Origin: the human T2T-CHM13v2.0 reference genome, Homo sapiens | Direction: 5' to 3' (one strand) | Length of the DNA stretch: 64,000 nt | Assembly: GCF_009914755.1 (NCBI RefSeq) | Contig: NC_060932.1 | In this document: one piece after another, positions 1 through 14,760 of the stretch | Layout: each line of letters begins with the position of its first letter | Numbering within the stretch: the stretch's first letter is position 1 | Notes under the pieces: model-generated | Told to the model about the DNA's origin: nothing | What the model saw: the letters and a program-made list of their open reading frames with translations, nothing else | Database searches by the model: none | Translations under genes and position numbers: made by a program

Positions 1-1768
1 AAGACCACCAAGGCCTGCATATCCCAGAGAGGGGCCTTAGGAGGATGCAGTTGGGGTTCCCCAACATCATTTTTGAGGCACATGCATAAGGTGTTAAATA
101 AAATCAAGCCACAGCAGACAAAATTTCATCCTAGTTCCTTGCATCCTTCTAGTTACATCGAGGAGCAGGCCTCAGTTTCGCACCAGGGCAGATGCTAACA
201 CCTCCTCTGCTCTCCTTTTAACCAGGAAAGAGCAGCCTCTGGGCTGGGCACCTCCCGCAGCAGCTAGACCTAGCTGGAAGTTAATATCTTTTTTGCTTTT
301 GATTGTGTTTATTTTTACCCAGGCCTTTGATTTATGACCAGCCAAACTGCTTCTCCACTCAGAACAGCTATACACTGGTTATCCTTTAATTTTTATATTT
401 CAATTTATACAAAGGGATCCATTAAATTTTCAAAAATATAGAGGAATGAGTTTTACAAAGTGCACTTGGATTATGTCAAAAATCATAATTGTGGTACACA
501 AAAAACTACCATTTGGGAAACATTACTTGGACACAAACAGGAATCCAGGCAGGGAGAAAGTGAGGCCCTGGAAGGGGCTTCCTCTCAGCTAATACTCAGT
601 GGAACTGGGCCGATGGAGGGAGTCACATTTGTTATGGGCTCCCTACGCACTAGCGTTGTACACAACCAGTTACTCTACACAAGCAGCCTGTGAGATGCTA
701 TTTTCCCTGCTATGGTTCTGCAAACTGGGTTTCAAAGAGGTTGGGTGACTTTTCCAAAGTCACACAGCTAATTGAGGTACAGGCAAGACCAGAAGCCTTG
801 TTTCCTGGGCATATGTTCTTAGAAAGAACTGTAGCCTAAACCCCTCACCCCAAACCCCCCTCTCCTTCCCCTGCTCATCTGGGTAGCTGAGTATATAAGG
901 CCTGAGCTGACCTTTGTCTTGACATGAAGGGTGGAACTTCTCCTTGTACTGACCCACAACCAAATGCTGACTCACCTCCTAAACCCACAGAACTCAATTT
1001 TCTCCTACAAAAGCCACGTGCCAAGGAGTACCTACTTGGAGCTAGGGCCTCATTTATATTAAGTTGACTTTGCATACAGCCTTGTGTGTTAGCCCATTTT
1101 AGACCTCAGTATACTGAGGCCCAGACTGGTTCTATAACTTGTCAAAACTCACCCAGCTGAGAAGAAAAAGAACTGAAATTCCCACTCGCATTGGTCTGGC
1201 TCCAATGCTGACATCAGCATCAGTATCCCTGCCCTTGACCTACAATTTCAGAGAAGCCCCAGTCTTCCCTGACCCCACTATCTCTGCAGTAACCTGAGTT
1301 TCTCACCCCTAATCTCCCTCCTGGGGCTGGAAGCACTGTATTTGGCAGCATCTGTTAAAAAGGCCATGTGGACTCCCATGATGACAGTGGGCTCCTGGGA
1401 AGAGGTGGGATTGGGGATCTGAAGGAGGCAGGTAGGCGGGGCTCCTCCCATGAGAGATCCTGCCTCTGGGATGTTCATACCCTTGGCCTCAAGGGGCCAG
1501 AGCAGAGGGAAGGGTCTGGACTGGGAAATCAGAAATCTCTCTGCTGGACACTTACTCACTCCCAATGACCTTGGGCAAACAGTAGCCCCTCGGTTTACTC
1601 ATCTGTAAAATGGAAAAGAGCTTCAGGAATTTTGAACTCGCAGGCATCATATGGCCCACAAGCTTGTCCTGGTGTTTTTTACAAAAGAGGAATAATTCTC
1701 ATTATTTAATCTCTCTAAAGTAATGTCAGGGGGAGTCAGATAGAGGGTCTGTCTACAAAAGGTACATG

Positions 1769-1983
1769 TCCCTCCCTCCCTCCCTCCATTCCTTCCTTCC
1801 TTCCTTCCTTGATCCCTCTCTCCCTCCCTTGTTCTTTCCTTCTCCTTTCTTTTTTTCTCTCTCTTTATTCCTTTCTCTTCCTTTCTCTCCCTCCATTCCT
1901 CCCTCCCTCTAATGTCCCACCCTCTGTCCCTCCTCTTTTCTTTCTTTTATCTTTGCTTGTTTGTTTGTTTGTTTGTTTGTTTT
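1769..1983. repeat. CT-rich low-complexity tract followed by (TTTG)n microsatellite
   Basis: (CCCT)n/(CCTT)n runs from 1769, then gtttgtttgtttgttt at ~1959-1983. Confidence 0.85.
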
Positions 1984-3072
1984 GGGGGAGGGCACACTGA
2001 TGCATGTATGGAAAGGAAAACTCTTCCTGTTAATATACAAAGTGAATCTGTGGCCACGGCTGCACTCCTCATTTTCATGGTCTGCTGCCTGTCCCGGGAG
2101 GCTGTGGCTCTGGACTGGAAGGGCTGGAGGTCCCCTCCCTGAGGACAGCCTCTGCAGCTGCTGGCCAAAGGCATGGCAGCCCCAAGAGTCAGCCGCCCGA
2201 GGCTGAGTCTGGAATGTCTTGTTTTGTTGTGTCATTAACACAGTGTTCATTTTTAGGGCCTGACTTGGGAACGGGTGCCAAGAGCATTCCTGAGGAGTCA
2301 GAAGGGAGGGTGTTTATTGTCAGGCTACAGAAGTAACTTCCTTCAGTAATCCCTCAAGTACTCAGCAAACCTTCATTAGGCACCTACTACTGTATACCAA
2401 TCACTGCACCAGGCCCAAGAGATGCAGAGAGGATCAATTAGCTATAATCCCTGTCCTTGGACAGCTCCCAGGACTGTGGGAGAGGCTGACCTATCAAGGG
2501 ACAGCCCCCAGGGGTAAGAACAGTGACAGCGGAAAGCCCAGCGCACTGTAGGGTAGAGATGGTGACGCAGAGGGGTGGCCTCCGGGCTGCTTGAGTGCAC
2601 TGGCCCTTTATTCTAGGGAATGTGCTAGAAGGACATAGTTACCTCTCCAAGAGGGCCTTTTGCAAAGGTATTCTTTTGTAATTCGTGATTATTTTTCCTA
2701 ATTGCAAGACTCACTTATTCCTACTTTCAGAAATCTTAAATGCTATGAAATGTGTGAGTCCAACAGTAAACATTCCTCAGAGATAACCAATGTTGGCTGT
2801 GTGCATTTCTTCAGCATTTTCTTGCAGGCTTCAGCATAACTAACACTCCTGGGGGCTTACCGTGCCCCAGACCTCCTAAGAAGGCAGCATGCAACTGCTC
2901 ACTAAGGTAAGTACCATCTGCCTGTCCAGCTTACACGCAGAGAAATTGAGACACACTCAGAATGAGTCACTTGGTCCAGATCACGTAGGAAGGAAATAAC
3001 AAACCAAGACTCAAACCCGGGATATCAGGCTCCCTCCAAGCCCTTAATCCTGAGAGGGAAGAAGTCAAACAT

Positions 3073-3396
<324 letters not shown>

Positions 3397-4269
3397 TCAC
3401 CTGGCTAGTGTAGGAGCCAAGGTATGCACCCAAGCAGTCTTATTCCATAACACTTGGACTTAACCACACTCTTTGCTGCCTTCAACCTAATGATTAAATA
3501 TATATACTTACATGAAAACATTATTTACCAGCGTCTCATGGTGAATGGGACATTCTGCACTTCAAATAGAAGATCTTGTATCACTTTCATTGTTATTACA
3601 AGCAAATCTGCCTCCTTCACTTCAAGGTCAATTTGGCAATCCAAATCTCAGCATACCATTGTTGATTTGCCCAATGTCTTCTTTATGATTTTTTGGGTGG
3701 TTTCTGATTATCTGCTCTTGCAAACAATGCTTCGACAGAGATCTCAGTAGAGGTTGCTGAGAGTTGCATGAAGACTGATTCCTAGAAAAGGGATGGCTGG
3801 GTCAGAGGTGTGCACCTGCATGCCCTGGCATACCTGCCCAGCGCCCCATGCAAAGACTTCCAGGGCTCATTTTCATCACCTAAAGAAAGAATGTCAGAGC
3901 CGGGTGGTGTTTAAAGGCTCCTCCCCACCATGGCTGGTGGCGGGATCCCATTTCACAGTTTTCATGCACTGTGCATTTTTATCTGTACTCCTAAATGGCT
4001 TTGGGAAGGTCATGATCTAAAAAGGAAAAAAAAAATCAATCATGCTATCAGCAAAAGCCACGGTGCAGTCAGCAGCTGGCATTTCCAGGAGGCTAGTCGT
4101 GGCTTGGCAGTTCTTGTGTGTAAGTTACACAGTGGTGCCTCTTCCTCCAAGCAGCCCCAGGGAGCAGAATCCCAGCTGGATTTCAGCTTCTCTGTGCCCC
4201 CATGGCCAGGTGCCCTTGTGCAGTGTACAGCCTGACCAACCTCGCACATTATTCTAGTTAGAGCTGTAA

Positions 4270-4505
4270 GCTGGATCCCAGCTGCCTGGACTCAAATCCA
4301 ATCTTTAAAGCCTATTAACCATATGCCCTTAGACAAGCTACTTAAACTGTGTGTGTCAATTTCCTAGTGTGAAATAGAAGCTGATTATAATAATAGTGCC
4401 TCCCTTATAGGGCACAGCAGCAGCAGTGAGGAATTAAGTTAAAATATCAAAAGCCCTTAGAAGAGTACCTGGCATATAATAAACACTCCATAGATGTTTG
4501 CTACT
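4270..4505 (+). mobile_element. MIR SINE (approximate bounds)
   Basis: MIR-core-like ccttagacaagctacttaa...tcaatttcct...gtgaaatag and cttagaagagtacctggcatataataaacact. Confidence 0.6.
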
Positions 4506-6620
4506 AAGCAATTAATAATCCTACTGTGCCATTATTTAAGGAGGCCCTACTATTCCGCCCCAAGGCTTTATTTTTCTCCAAATACAAAGACTTCCTTGGG
4601 CTTTCAAGGTAGCACATTTTAATGGAAAGATGCTGGGTTTGGGAACCAGAGATAATGGAGCTGGAATCCCGGCTTCTTTCCCTTCCATCCTTGTGACTTC
4701 AAGCAACTCCCTTTGCCGATCTGATCTTTACTGTGCAGAGGTTTGTTTCTATGTTGGAGACCTAGCAGTGTCCCTGGCAAGGAACTGCACAGTGGATACT
4801 GGTTTCTCTCCCAACTCAGGGCACTAGGACTCAGCGCAGGATGGAAGGTGAGGGTTTGGGTCACTCCCCAGGAGGGAGGTGGGAGGTGGAAGAATCCAGA
4901 GAGAAGCACACATTTTGTTCCCAGTGCAGCCTTGCCAAACTCTCCAAGGCCTGCCCCAGGGCCGTCCCAATGCCCAGCCCCTGGCAGGCTCCCACATGCC
5001 AGGCCAGCATTCCTGCACTTCCAACCTTGCTCATTCAAGAGCCAACACTTGCACCACCTCCTCCTGGAAGCTTAGAACCTTTCTCCAAACTAGGATTATT
5101 CCCTCCTAAGACCTCTCACATCTTTTAGCTTGTGCCTTTTTTGCAGGTGCTTTGATTCCACTTGTACTTCAACCATCTGTGAGCTACTTCTATTCTGTTT
5201 AGGAGACTGGCAACTCCCTAAAGGCAGAGGTTGGTGTAATGGGGGTGGGAGCATTGGCAGATGGTGAGATTGGGGACATTGGAGTTGAGGCTTTATCATG
5301 GACCAGTTCCAGGGTTTAGTTCTAGTCCCACCTCTCACTAAGCCAATATCCTTGGGTAAGGCACTTAACATCTCTGCTTTTCTTTTCCCTCCCTAGCATG
5401 AATTGGGGGATAATTGGCCACAATTACTGAGTGTCTACTTTGCCTTGCTCTGCACCTGTGGATCCTCCGAACAAGGAAGCTTAGTTCTTCTTCTGCCCAT
5501 TTTGTAGGGGAGGAAACAGTGGAAACTCAGAGGTGCAGACATTTGCCTAAGGATATACAGAAGATAAGGAGCAGAGCTGACATCAGAACTCAAGCTTGCA
5601 AATGTGTATGCGGGCCACCATGCCACATCTGCCACCTCTCTCACAGCACTGCTGGGGGAACAGGAGAAGCATTGGAGGTGGCAGGCTTTGCCTTACTACA
5701 CATGGCATATGCATTTTAAATAAGGACTTTGATCTGGAAGCAGGAGAGCATATTTATTGCCTCAACTCAGCTTGATTTGGGCTCTTCTGTCCCACAAATG
5801 ACACCAACCCTCACTGGCCTGAAGACCTTGCCTGAAAGAGAAAGAGCAGTGGCATGAAGTCAGAAGAGGTGCGTTTACCTGCCAGCTTTGCCTCTGTCTG
5901 TGTTCTCTCCCTGAGCCTCAGGAATCGCACTTCAGTAATGGTTTTGCTATGAGAATTTGGAAGCAGCACGTGTAAAAACCCTAGCTCAGATTGGGTACTA
6001 GATAGACATCAGCAGTGAAGATTCACTGAGTTTGCCCCAGGGCAGGCAGTGGAACGGGTACATTAATGCATATCCCAAATCCTCACAGCCACCCAGAGGT
6101 AGATCCTGTTACTGTCATCACAGCTACCTGATCAGAAAACTGAAGTTCCAAACACAAGAACTGCATTGCGAGTGGATTTTCAACCCAGGTGAGTCGGCAG
6201 ACATGTGTAAATGCTAGATTTGACCATTTAGTTCATGACACAGCACAGCCCATGAACTTGGAGTGTTTACATAAGAATTCAGAAATGCAGACTCAGGGCA
6301 GGCATTGCCTGGGTCCATGTCCTTTCCCCCTGGGCTGTCTGCCCCTGGACTGTTTATAATGTTGCTAGAGTTTACTTAATGCCAAATGAGTAACAGACTG
6401 TTCACCAGCACTTGTTTTGTGACTCTCACTTTTAAACCGAGTTGGAGTCTAACCCGATGAGGCCTGACCCAGTAAACAGCCTATGGAATGACAAACATTT
6501 CTGTTAGCCAGCAATGGCTGCATATGATGCCTCCCATTGGCTGAAACTGCCCCTTTGTAAAAGAGATGGTAGTTTGGGGATGACATAAACAAGGGTAGAA
6601 AAAGTCAATTCCTGCAAAGC

Positions 6621-7031
<411 letters not shown>

Positions 7032-7323
7032 TAATTACACATATCCACCTGAGTGGTGAGGAATAATAAGATAGAAAAAAGCAAAGACAGTGCTGACAGA
7101 TGGGCAATGCTTGATTTATGTTAATCTTTTTCCTTTCCTCACTGTTAGGAGCAATTTTATCTGTTTCTTTTTCAGAAATGCACTTTGAAGAGACATGCGT
7201 TCGTAAGAGGTCGCTCCTGAGAATGTGACAGAAATCACTGTGCCACCTGGCTTTCTTCTTTGTGAGTCTATATCTAGGAGTGGACTAGACTGATGCTCTG
7301 TGGTATTATTCTAACCAACAGCA

Positions 7324-7814
<491 letters not shown>

Positions 7815-7989
7815 TTATTCCTCCAGACTGTGGGGATCTGGGGATACTTTCTGGAGGAGGTGGCGTGTTCAGAGTCCCCCAAACGTGAGTGAGTCTGCTA
7901 CTGACAGAGATAGGGAGAAAGGCATCCCAGGTAGAGGGAACAACAAAGGAATGGCTGTGCTATGCAATTTGTGAAACACTCATGGCGAG

Positions 7990-8175
7990 CAGCGGCTCTC
8001 AAACTCGAGTCAGCATTGGAATCGCCTGGTGGGTGCATTAAAACACAGACTACTGCACCCCGCGCCAGCACCAGAGTTCCCAACTTGGGCAGTCTGGAGA
8101 GCAGCCTATGAGTTTGCATTCTAACAAGTCCCCAGGTGCTGTTGCTGCTGTTGGTCCACATGGGAAGAAGACATT
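7990..8175. mobile_element. MER5A-like hAT-Charlie element
   Basis: cagcggctctcaaact...gaatcgcctgg...ttaaaacacaga...tgcattctaacaagtccccaggtg pattern typical of MER5A. Confidence 0.7.
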
Positions 8176-8539
8176 GTAGAGGAAGCAGATAGGTTGGATG
8201 GAGCCAAAGCATGGAGGAATGTGAGCACCCATCTGGTGCATCACTCACTGGCTATAGCCATCAATGTGTTCATTCAGTCCTTTACTGAGCAAGCAGCACC
8301 TCTGAGCCCTACTGTGTGCTAGTACAGTGATGGACTCTAGGTATACAGCGATGAATACAACAGTCTGGGTTTTGCCATATCTTTACCCTGCTGAGGCTCT
8401 CAGAGGAGGATGGATGACATTCCACGTGATGACACAGGCTGATGACCCTCTGGGCATCCAGGCACAGAAGGCAGGGGCTCTGGAGGTGAAAGTTGCCTTC
8501 ACTCTCATGGCCCTTTAACGAAAGACCTTGTCTTACCCA

Positions 8540-8907
8540 TGTTAAATTCAGTTTGGTTTAAATGTTTCTTCATACATAGTGAACTATCACCTAACTGGAT
8601 GTGTAAACAGGCTATAACCAACTCTAGTACCAATCTCTGGGTTTCAGCCAATCACAGACAGCCAACTCTTCAAACCATGTTCAAAGAAGGCAAACGCCAA
8701 GCTAGAACCCATCCAGCTGTTTCTGTTCCTTACTTCTGTTTTCCATATGTCACTCTCTTTTTTCTGCCCATAAATCATCCTCGACCACGCGGTAGCCTGG
8801 AAGCATCTCTGAACCTATTCTGTTTTGGGGATTGCCCAATTCAAGAACCATTTTTCACTCAATTAAATTCTGTTACATTTAGTTTTTCTAAGGTTTTTCC
8901 TTTAACG
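8540..8907 (+). mobile_element. MER57-family ERV1 solo LTR
   Basis: Starts TGTTAAATT, ends TTTAAC(G); 4-bp TSD CCCA at 8536-8539 and 8908-8911; internal ACCTAACTGGATGTGTAAACAG and AAGGCAAACGCC match recalled MER57 consensus. Confidence 0.85.
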
Positions 8908-10443
8908 CCCAAAACACCCTGTGGTGTTTAAGGGAAGAATTGCTGCAGAGCTGACTTTCCTAATAATGAGGGTGATTGAGTCTGTTTGTTGCAATATAGG
9001 GTCTGCTGCTCCAACTGAGACCAAAAACAATGTGATGGAAACAAAAGAGTATTTTATTTCTCTTTTCATGCAATGGTCTGGGCTTGGGAAATTCCTGGAA
9101 GAAATGTTTGTTTCATGGGGGCCCTGGCTCCTTCCCCTGTACTTCTCCACCCTCCCTGGGGTGTTGCTTCATCCATAGGGTTGGTGATGATTTATGGCCA
9201 GGTGCTGCAATGCATAACTCGTGGGCATGTTGCATAGAACACAAAGAGAGTGGTGTTCTCTGGAGCCATGCAACACAGTGCTGCCTCTGTGAGGAGAGAA
9301 ACAGGAAAGGAGTGTGAAGAGGACATCCCTTCCCTTTTAGGGCTCACCCTGGAAGCTGTGCACCTCACTTCTGCTCACAAACCACAGACTAAAACCATCC
9401 TGTGGCCTCAGCTGGCTGCAATAGAGGTTGGGATGTGTCATCTTTATTCTTGGCAGTCTTGTATTCAGCTGAACCCCAGCCACTTAATGAATGCAATCTA
9501 TCCTCTTTTACTTCATTCTTTTAGAGTAAGTTTTGTGTAGCCATTCTCTCTAAGATGTCCTACTCCATCGCCTTGCCTCCCTCCTTTTTTTATTGAAGAG
9601 ATACAGATATTTCCTTGTGGACAATTATTTTACCCCATCAAAATTCTCTGCAAACCTTCTAGAATTATATCCATTATTCTCAATTCTAACTTTTCAGCAG
9701 AATCACTGGAGGGGTGAGGATGAAGATAGGGGAGGCTCTTAATACTGATGTTCCAGGCTTTTTGCCGGAAAAACCAATTTAATTTGTTTGTGGTAGGGTT
9801 GAAGCATCAGGAATTTTGTAAAGCCCCCACTCATTGCCCAGGTTTAGTTCTTTTCCCTTAAAGTATTAGGTTTCGGCTATTGGCCAGTGAGCTGAAAGTT
9901 GAGCCATAGTGAACAGGAGGTGTGCAAAGGTATGCATTGAAATGTTGAGTATTGGGTGCACAAAAACTGGGCCTGACATAAACACTCAGCATCCACAAGT
10001 GCTTGCCACACTGCCTCCGAAATGGAGCCTCCGTCCTACTGGCCCTCAGGTGTCAACTCTTTGATAATTGATCACCAAGTGTACTGTGAAGATGCAATCC
10101 ACAGCAAGTTTCTCTGTAGTGGGAGGGGAAGGAAGATAGGTTTAAACAGCAATGTCAAAAAGAAGGGGGGAAACAAAAGATATTCTTTGGTGGTTATCTG
10201 GAGCTGTAATTTAACTTCCCTCTACAAAGGCTGTATGCCCTTAATTATAGTGGGTTTTCTGTATTTATTTATGTATGTATATGCATCCATTTAATAGTCT
10301 GTGTTTATAGGTTAATACCCCAAATGACCCTTTATTGGGATAAGACAGAATCATTCTTTGATTCCCTGCATCCCTGTTCACATACCCATTCCTCCAGATG
10401 CTGACTTGCTTGTCCCCTCTTCCTTGAAACATTCCCCTCAGGC

Positions 10444-10862
10444 TCCACATGCACAGTGAAGAAGCAGGCAACATGGCGTCAGCCAGGTAGAGAACCCAAC
10501 TGCATAATAAAAGATTAGGGTGAGGCAGCCAGCTTCCTCGCAAGCTATGCAAACGGCACACCTAGTCCAAACCAGTTCCTCCCTCACTATGCAAATGGCA
10601 TACCTGCTCCAACCAATCCTTTGTATCCTATGTAAATCAGACACCATCTCCTCAAGCTCATCTGTAAAACCTCTTGCACTTTGCCACAGACTGGAAGACC
10701 CACTCAGGAGCCCCTCTCTCTCTGCAGGAGAGAGAACTTTTCTCTTTCTTTCACTTATTAAACCTCTGCTCTTAACCTCACTCCTTGTGTGTCCACATCC
10801 TTGATTTCCTTGGCACGAGGGAACGAACCTTGGGTATTACCCCAGATGACGACGATTCTTCA
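10444..10862 (+). mobile_element. MER50-family ERV1 LTR (5'-truncated)
   Basis: CAGGCAACATGGCGTCAGCCAGGTAGAGAACCC, TATGCAAATGGCA, ATTAAA signal, ends TTACCCCAGATGACGACGATTCTTCA; homologous to the minus-strand LTR at 32857-33532. Confidence 0.8.
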
Positions 10863-12046
10863 CCCCCACTGGTTGTGAAAGATGAAGAATGCAGCCCAGA
10901 TTGCAGCTGGCAGCCACTTTGTGATCAGAGGGGAATGAGCCTGTGGATGAAGCCAACACAGTGGAGGGAAGGATGGAGACATGGAAGAAACTGGGCCTTG
11001 TTGATAGCCATGGAGATGCTGAATCAAGCCTTTCCTGAAGCCCTTTCTAACTGCCAAGATTTTCAGATCTTACACGAACAAATTCCCTTCATCATTTAGT
11101 CTGGTTGTTGTATGTATATGCTGTTTCTTATAGCTAAAACCATTGTAGCTTTTGTGAGATATTATAGTAGGTTCTGGAACATAGAAGATACATGCTCAAG
11201 TTAGCTACCATATGCCCTAGAGACTGCCAGGGTCAGAAAACCATGCATGCCACCAACACATCTGTCCCTCAGCATTTTTATATAGACAAAATCAAGTTAA
11301 AATGAATACCATGGATGGTCTTAAGTGGGCACAGAAATCCTTAGCCTTCTTCAGTATTATGGAGGGGGCTATCTAACCTTTTTTTACTTTCTTGAAGGTA
11401 GAGCTGATTGGGGTGGGCAGTCAGTGGTGCTAGTATATAAGCTTTCTGCTTTTTTTCTTTCTCTTTTTATTTTTATTACTATTATTATTATTATTTTTTT
11501 GGCTGCTTCTCTGAGTCACTGCCAAAGATTGTAGGACATCTTATTATTAAGATGGGGTGATTACTGAAATTAGCTCTAACTTCACATGGCTCTGCAAGAA
11601 TTGGGTGAAGCGTGAACCCTGGAGATAGTCATCTCTTTCTCAAGAGTCAGCTACATGCACACTGGTCTGAATGTGATCCTTCACTTTGTCCAAGGGTAGG
11701 AAGCATTAGTCCCTTTGTAATGATGATTATTTTTGTTTGAGGGTGGGTGGGTAATTACTTTTGGTGTTCATATTCTTTTATTGAAAATGAAAATATATTT
11801 TATTTTCTGATAATGCCTTAACTTTATCAGCCTTTATTGTGAATTATTCCATTGCTATACACAGCTTGCATAATCTTTGAAATCTTGCACAAAAATACCT
11901 TGGGGTTATAAATTCAGTCACATTTGAATTGATTGTGGTGTAGATGAAGGTGAATTCAAACTGGGTCTCTGAATAGCTGTGTGGCCTTGGGAAAGTCACT
12001 TAGCTTCTCTGAGCCATTGTTCTTCCTGAGGAATGGGGAAAAGGGT

Positions 12047-12520
12047 TGTGTTAGGCCAAGTAATGGCCCGCAAGATCATCTGGGTCTTAAGCCCTTAAAC
12101 ATGTGAATGATACTTTATATGGCAAAAGGGATTTTGCAGATGTGGCCAAGCTAAGAATTTTGTGATGGAGAGATCATTCTGGATTATTCAAGTGAGCCCT
12201 AATTGTCATCATAAGTGTCCTTATAATGCAAAGGGGATTTGGCAGAGAAGAAAAGGCAATGTGACCACAGATATGGGGATCAGAGTGATGCGGCCACATG
12301 CCATAAAGTGCCAGCAGCCACAAGAAGCTGCAAGAGGCCAGGAACAGATTCTGCCCTAGACCCTCTGCAGGGAGCACAGCCCTGAAGCCATCTTGATTTT
12401 GGCACAGTGAAATTGATTTCTAAACTTCTAGCCTCCAGAACTGTGAGAGAATACATTTCTGCAGTTTTAAGCCACACAGTTTGTAGTAGTTTCTTACAGC
12501 AGCTCTAGAAAATGAATGCA
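12047..12520 (+). mobile_element. MLT1C/D-type MaLR solo LTR
   Basis: TGTGTTAGG...AATGGCCC...ATGGCAAAAGGGATTTTGCAGATGTG...CTCCAGAACTGTGAGAGAATACATTTC...AAATGAATGCA. Confidence 0.85.
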
Positions 12521-13390
12521 AGCATCGCCTAGCACATTTAGAGTTCATGAGAGAACACCCAGCCTCCCAAAGTCTACTGCTCTGAAATAGCACCTAGAAT
12601 GTGTGTCCAAAATTCAGATTCCCAGGCTCCACCCCAGAAATACAAAACCGGAATGTTTAGGGGGTAGGCCCTGGGCAGCTGCATTTTTAACAAGCTGCCA
12701 GGTGACGCATGTGATTGGGGAGCTCCAGTTCTATCATCAACATCAAGCTTGGCCCTCCCAGCAGGCCTGGGAGACAATTACCACTGAAGAACCCAGGGAA
12801 GCTGGGAGCAAAGGAAATCTCCAAGGAAGAAGGCTGGATGGGTACAATGTCTGGGCATATAAAGTTTTTATCTATATTTTCATCTGCATATGTAGAGTGA
12901 AGACACAGTGTACACGCATTAAAATAACCTAAACAACACCTGCTCTATAGAAGAAAAGGAGAGAAAATAATCCACGCTTGCCACTTGAATTATGTGGGTG
13001 GTTTTGCTTGCTCTTCCTTCCCTCCATGAGAGTGTGCCCCCAGTGGGTGTGAAAAGGAGACAAGAGCCTGTTCCCTAAGTTTCCAAGTGCTCACATGGTG
13101 TGGGACCTTTCACAACACCAGTGCTGCTCCAGGATTTAGCCAAGTGTGTTTTGATAAAATGTGGCATAAACTGTTTTTGGTATGTATTGTGTATAACTGT
13201 GCAGAGCCATTGAACAGTTATGGGGGAACAAAGTGGCAAAGACCCTGTCCTTAGGGAGCACACATTCTAACAGGGGGAGCCAGGCAACACAAGAAATAAG
13301 GAACTAAACAGCTTGTTAGTTGGAAGTTAGTTCAGAAGAAAAATAAAGCAGACTAAGGGAGATCTGGTGAGTCAGGTTGAAGGGAGGTTT

Positions 13391-13905
13391 CAGTTATCAA
13401 TTGCCACATAACAAAACCCAAATGTAATCATTTAAAACAACACCAATTTATTATTTTTTGAAATTCTGTCATCTGGGCTGGGCTCAGCTGAGTGGTTCTT
13501 CTGCTCCATGTGGAGCCTGCTGGTGCTACACCAACCGAGTGGGCATCTCCTCTTACATTTCTGGCACCTAACCTGAGATGGCTAGAACAGTTGGGGGTTC
13601 TTGGGCATCTCTTTTCAAGTGGCTTCTCCACCAGGCTAGCTAGGGCTTCCTCACAGCATGGTGGTCTCAGGAGTGGCAGATTTCTCACATGGCAGCTGGA
13701 TTTCAAGAGGGAGGAAGGGGAAGCTGTCAGTGTGAGACACGGGCAGGTACAGTGTTATTTCCACCACATGTACTGGTGGGCGGAGTCAAAATCCAGCCCA
13801 GAGTCAAAGAGTGGGAAAAATCTTGCTGCCTTTTGCTATAAGGAGTGACATGCACATACAAAGAGGGAAGGTGTTGGAGGCAGCCATTGTTGGAAACTAT
13901 CCTTC
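13391..13905 (-). mobile_element. Older MLT1-type MaLR LTR (approximate)
   Basis: cagttatcaattgccacataacaaaaccc...tttaaaacaac...ctgggctcagctgagtggttc. Confidence 0.65.
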
Positions 13906-14760
<855 letters not shown>

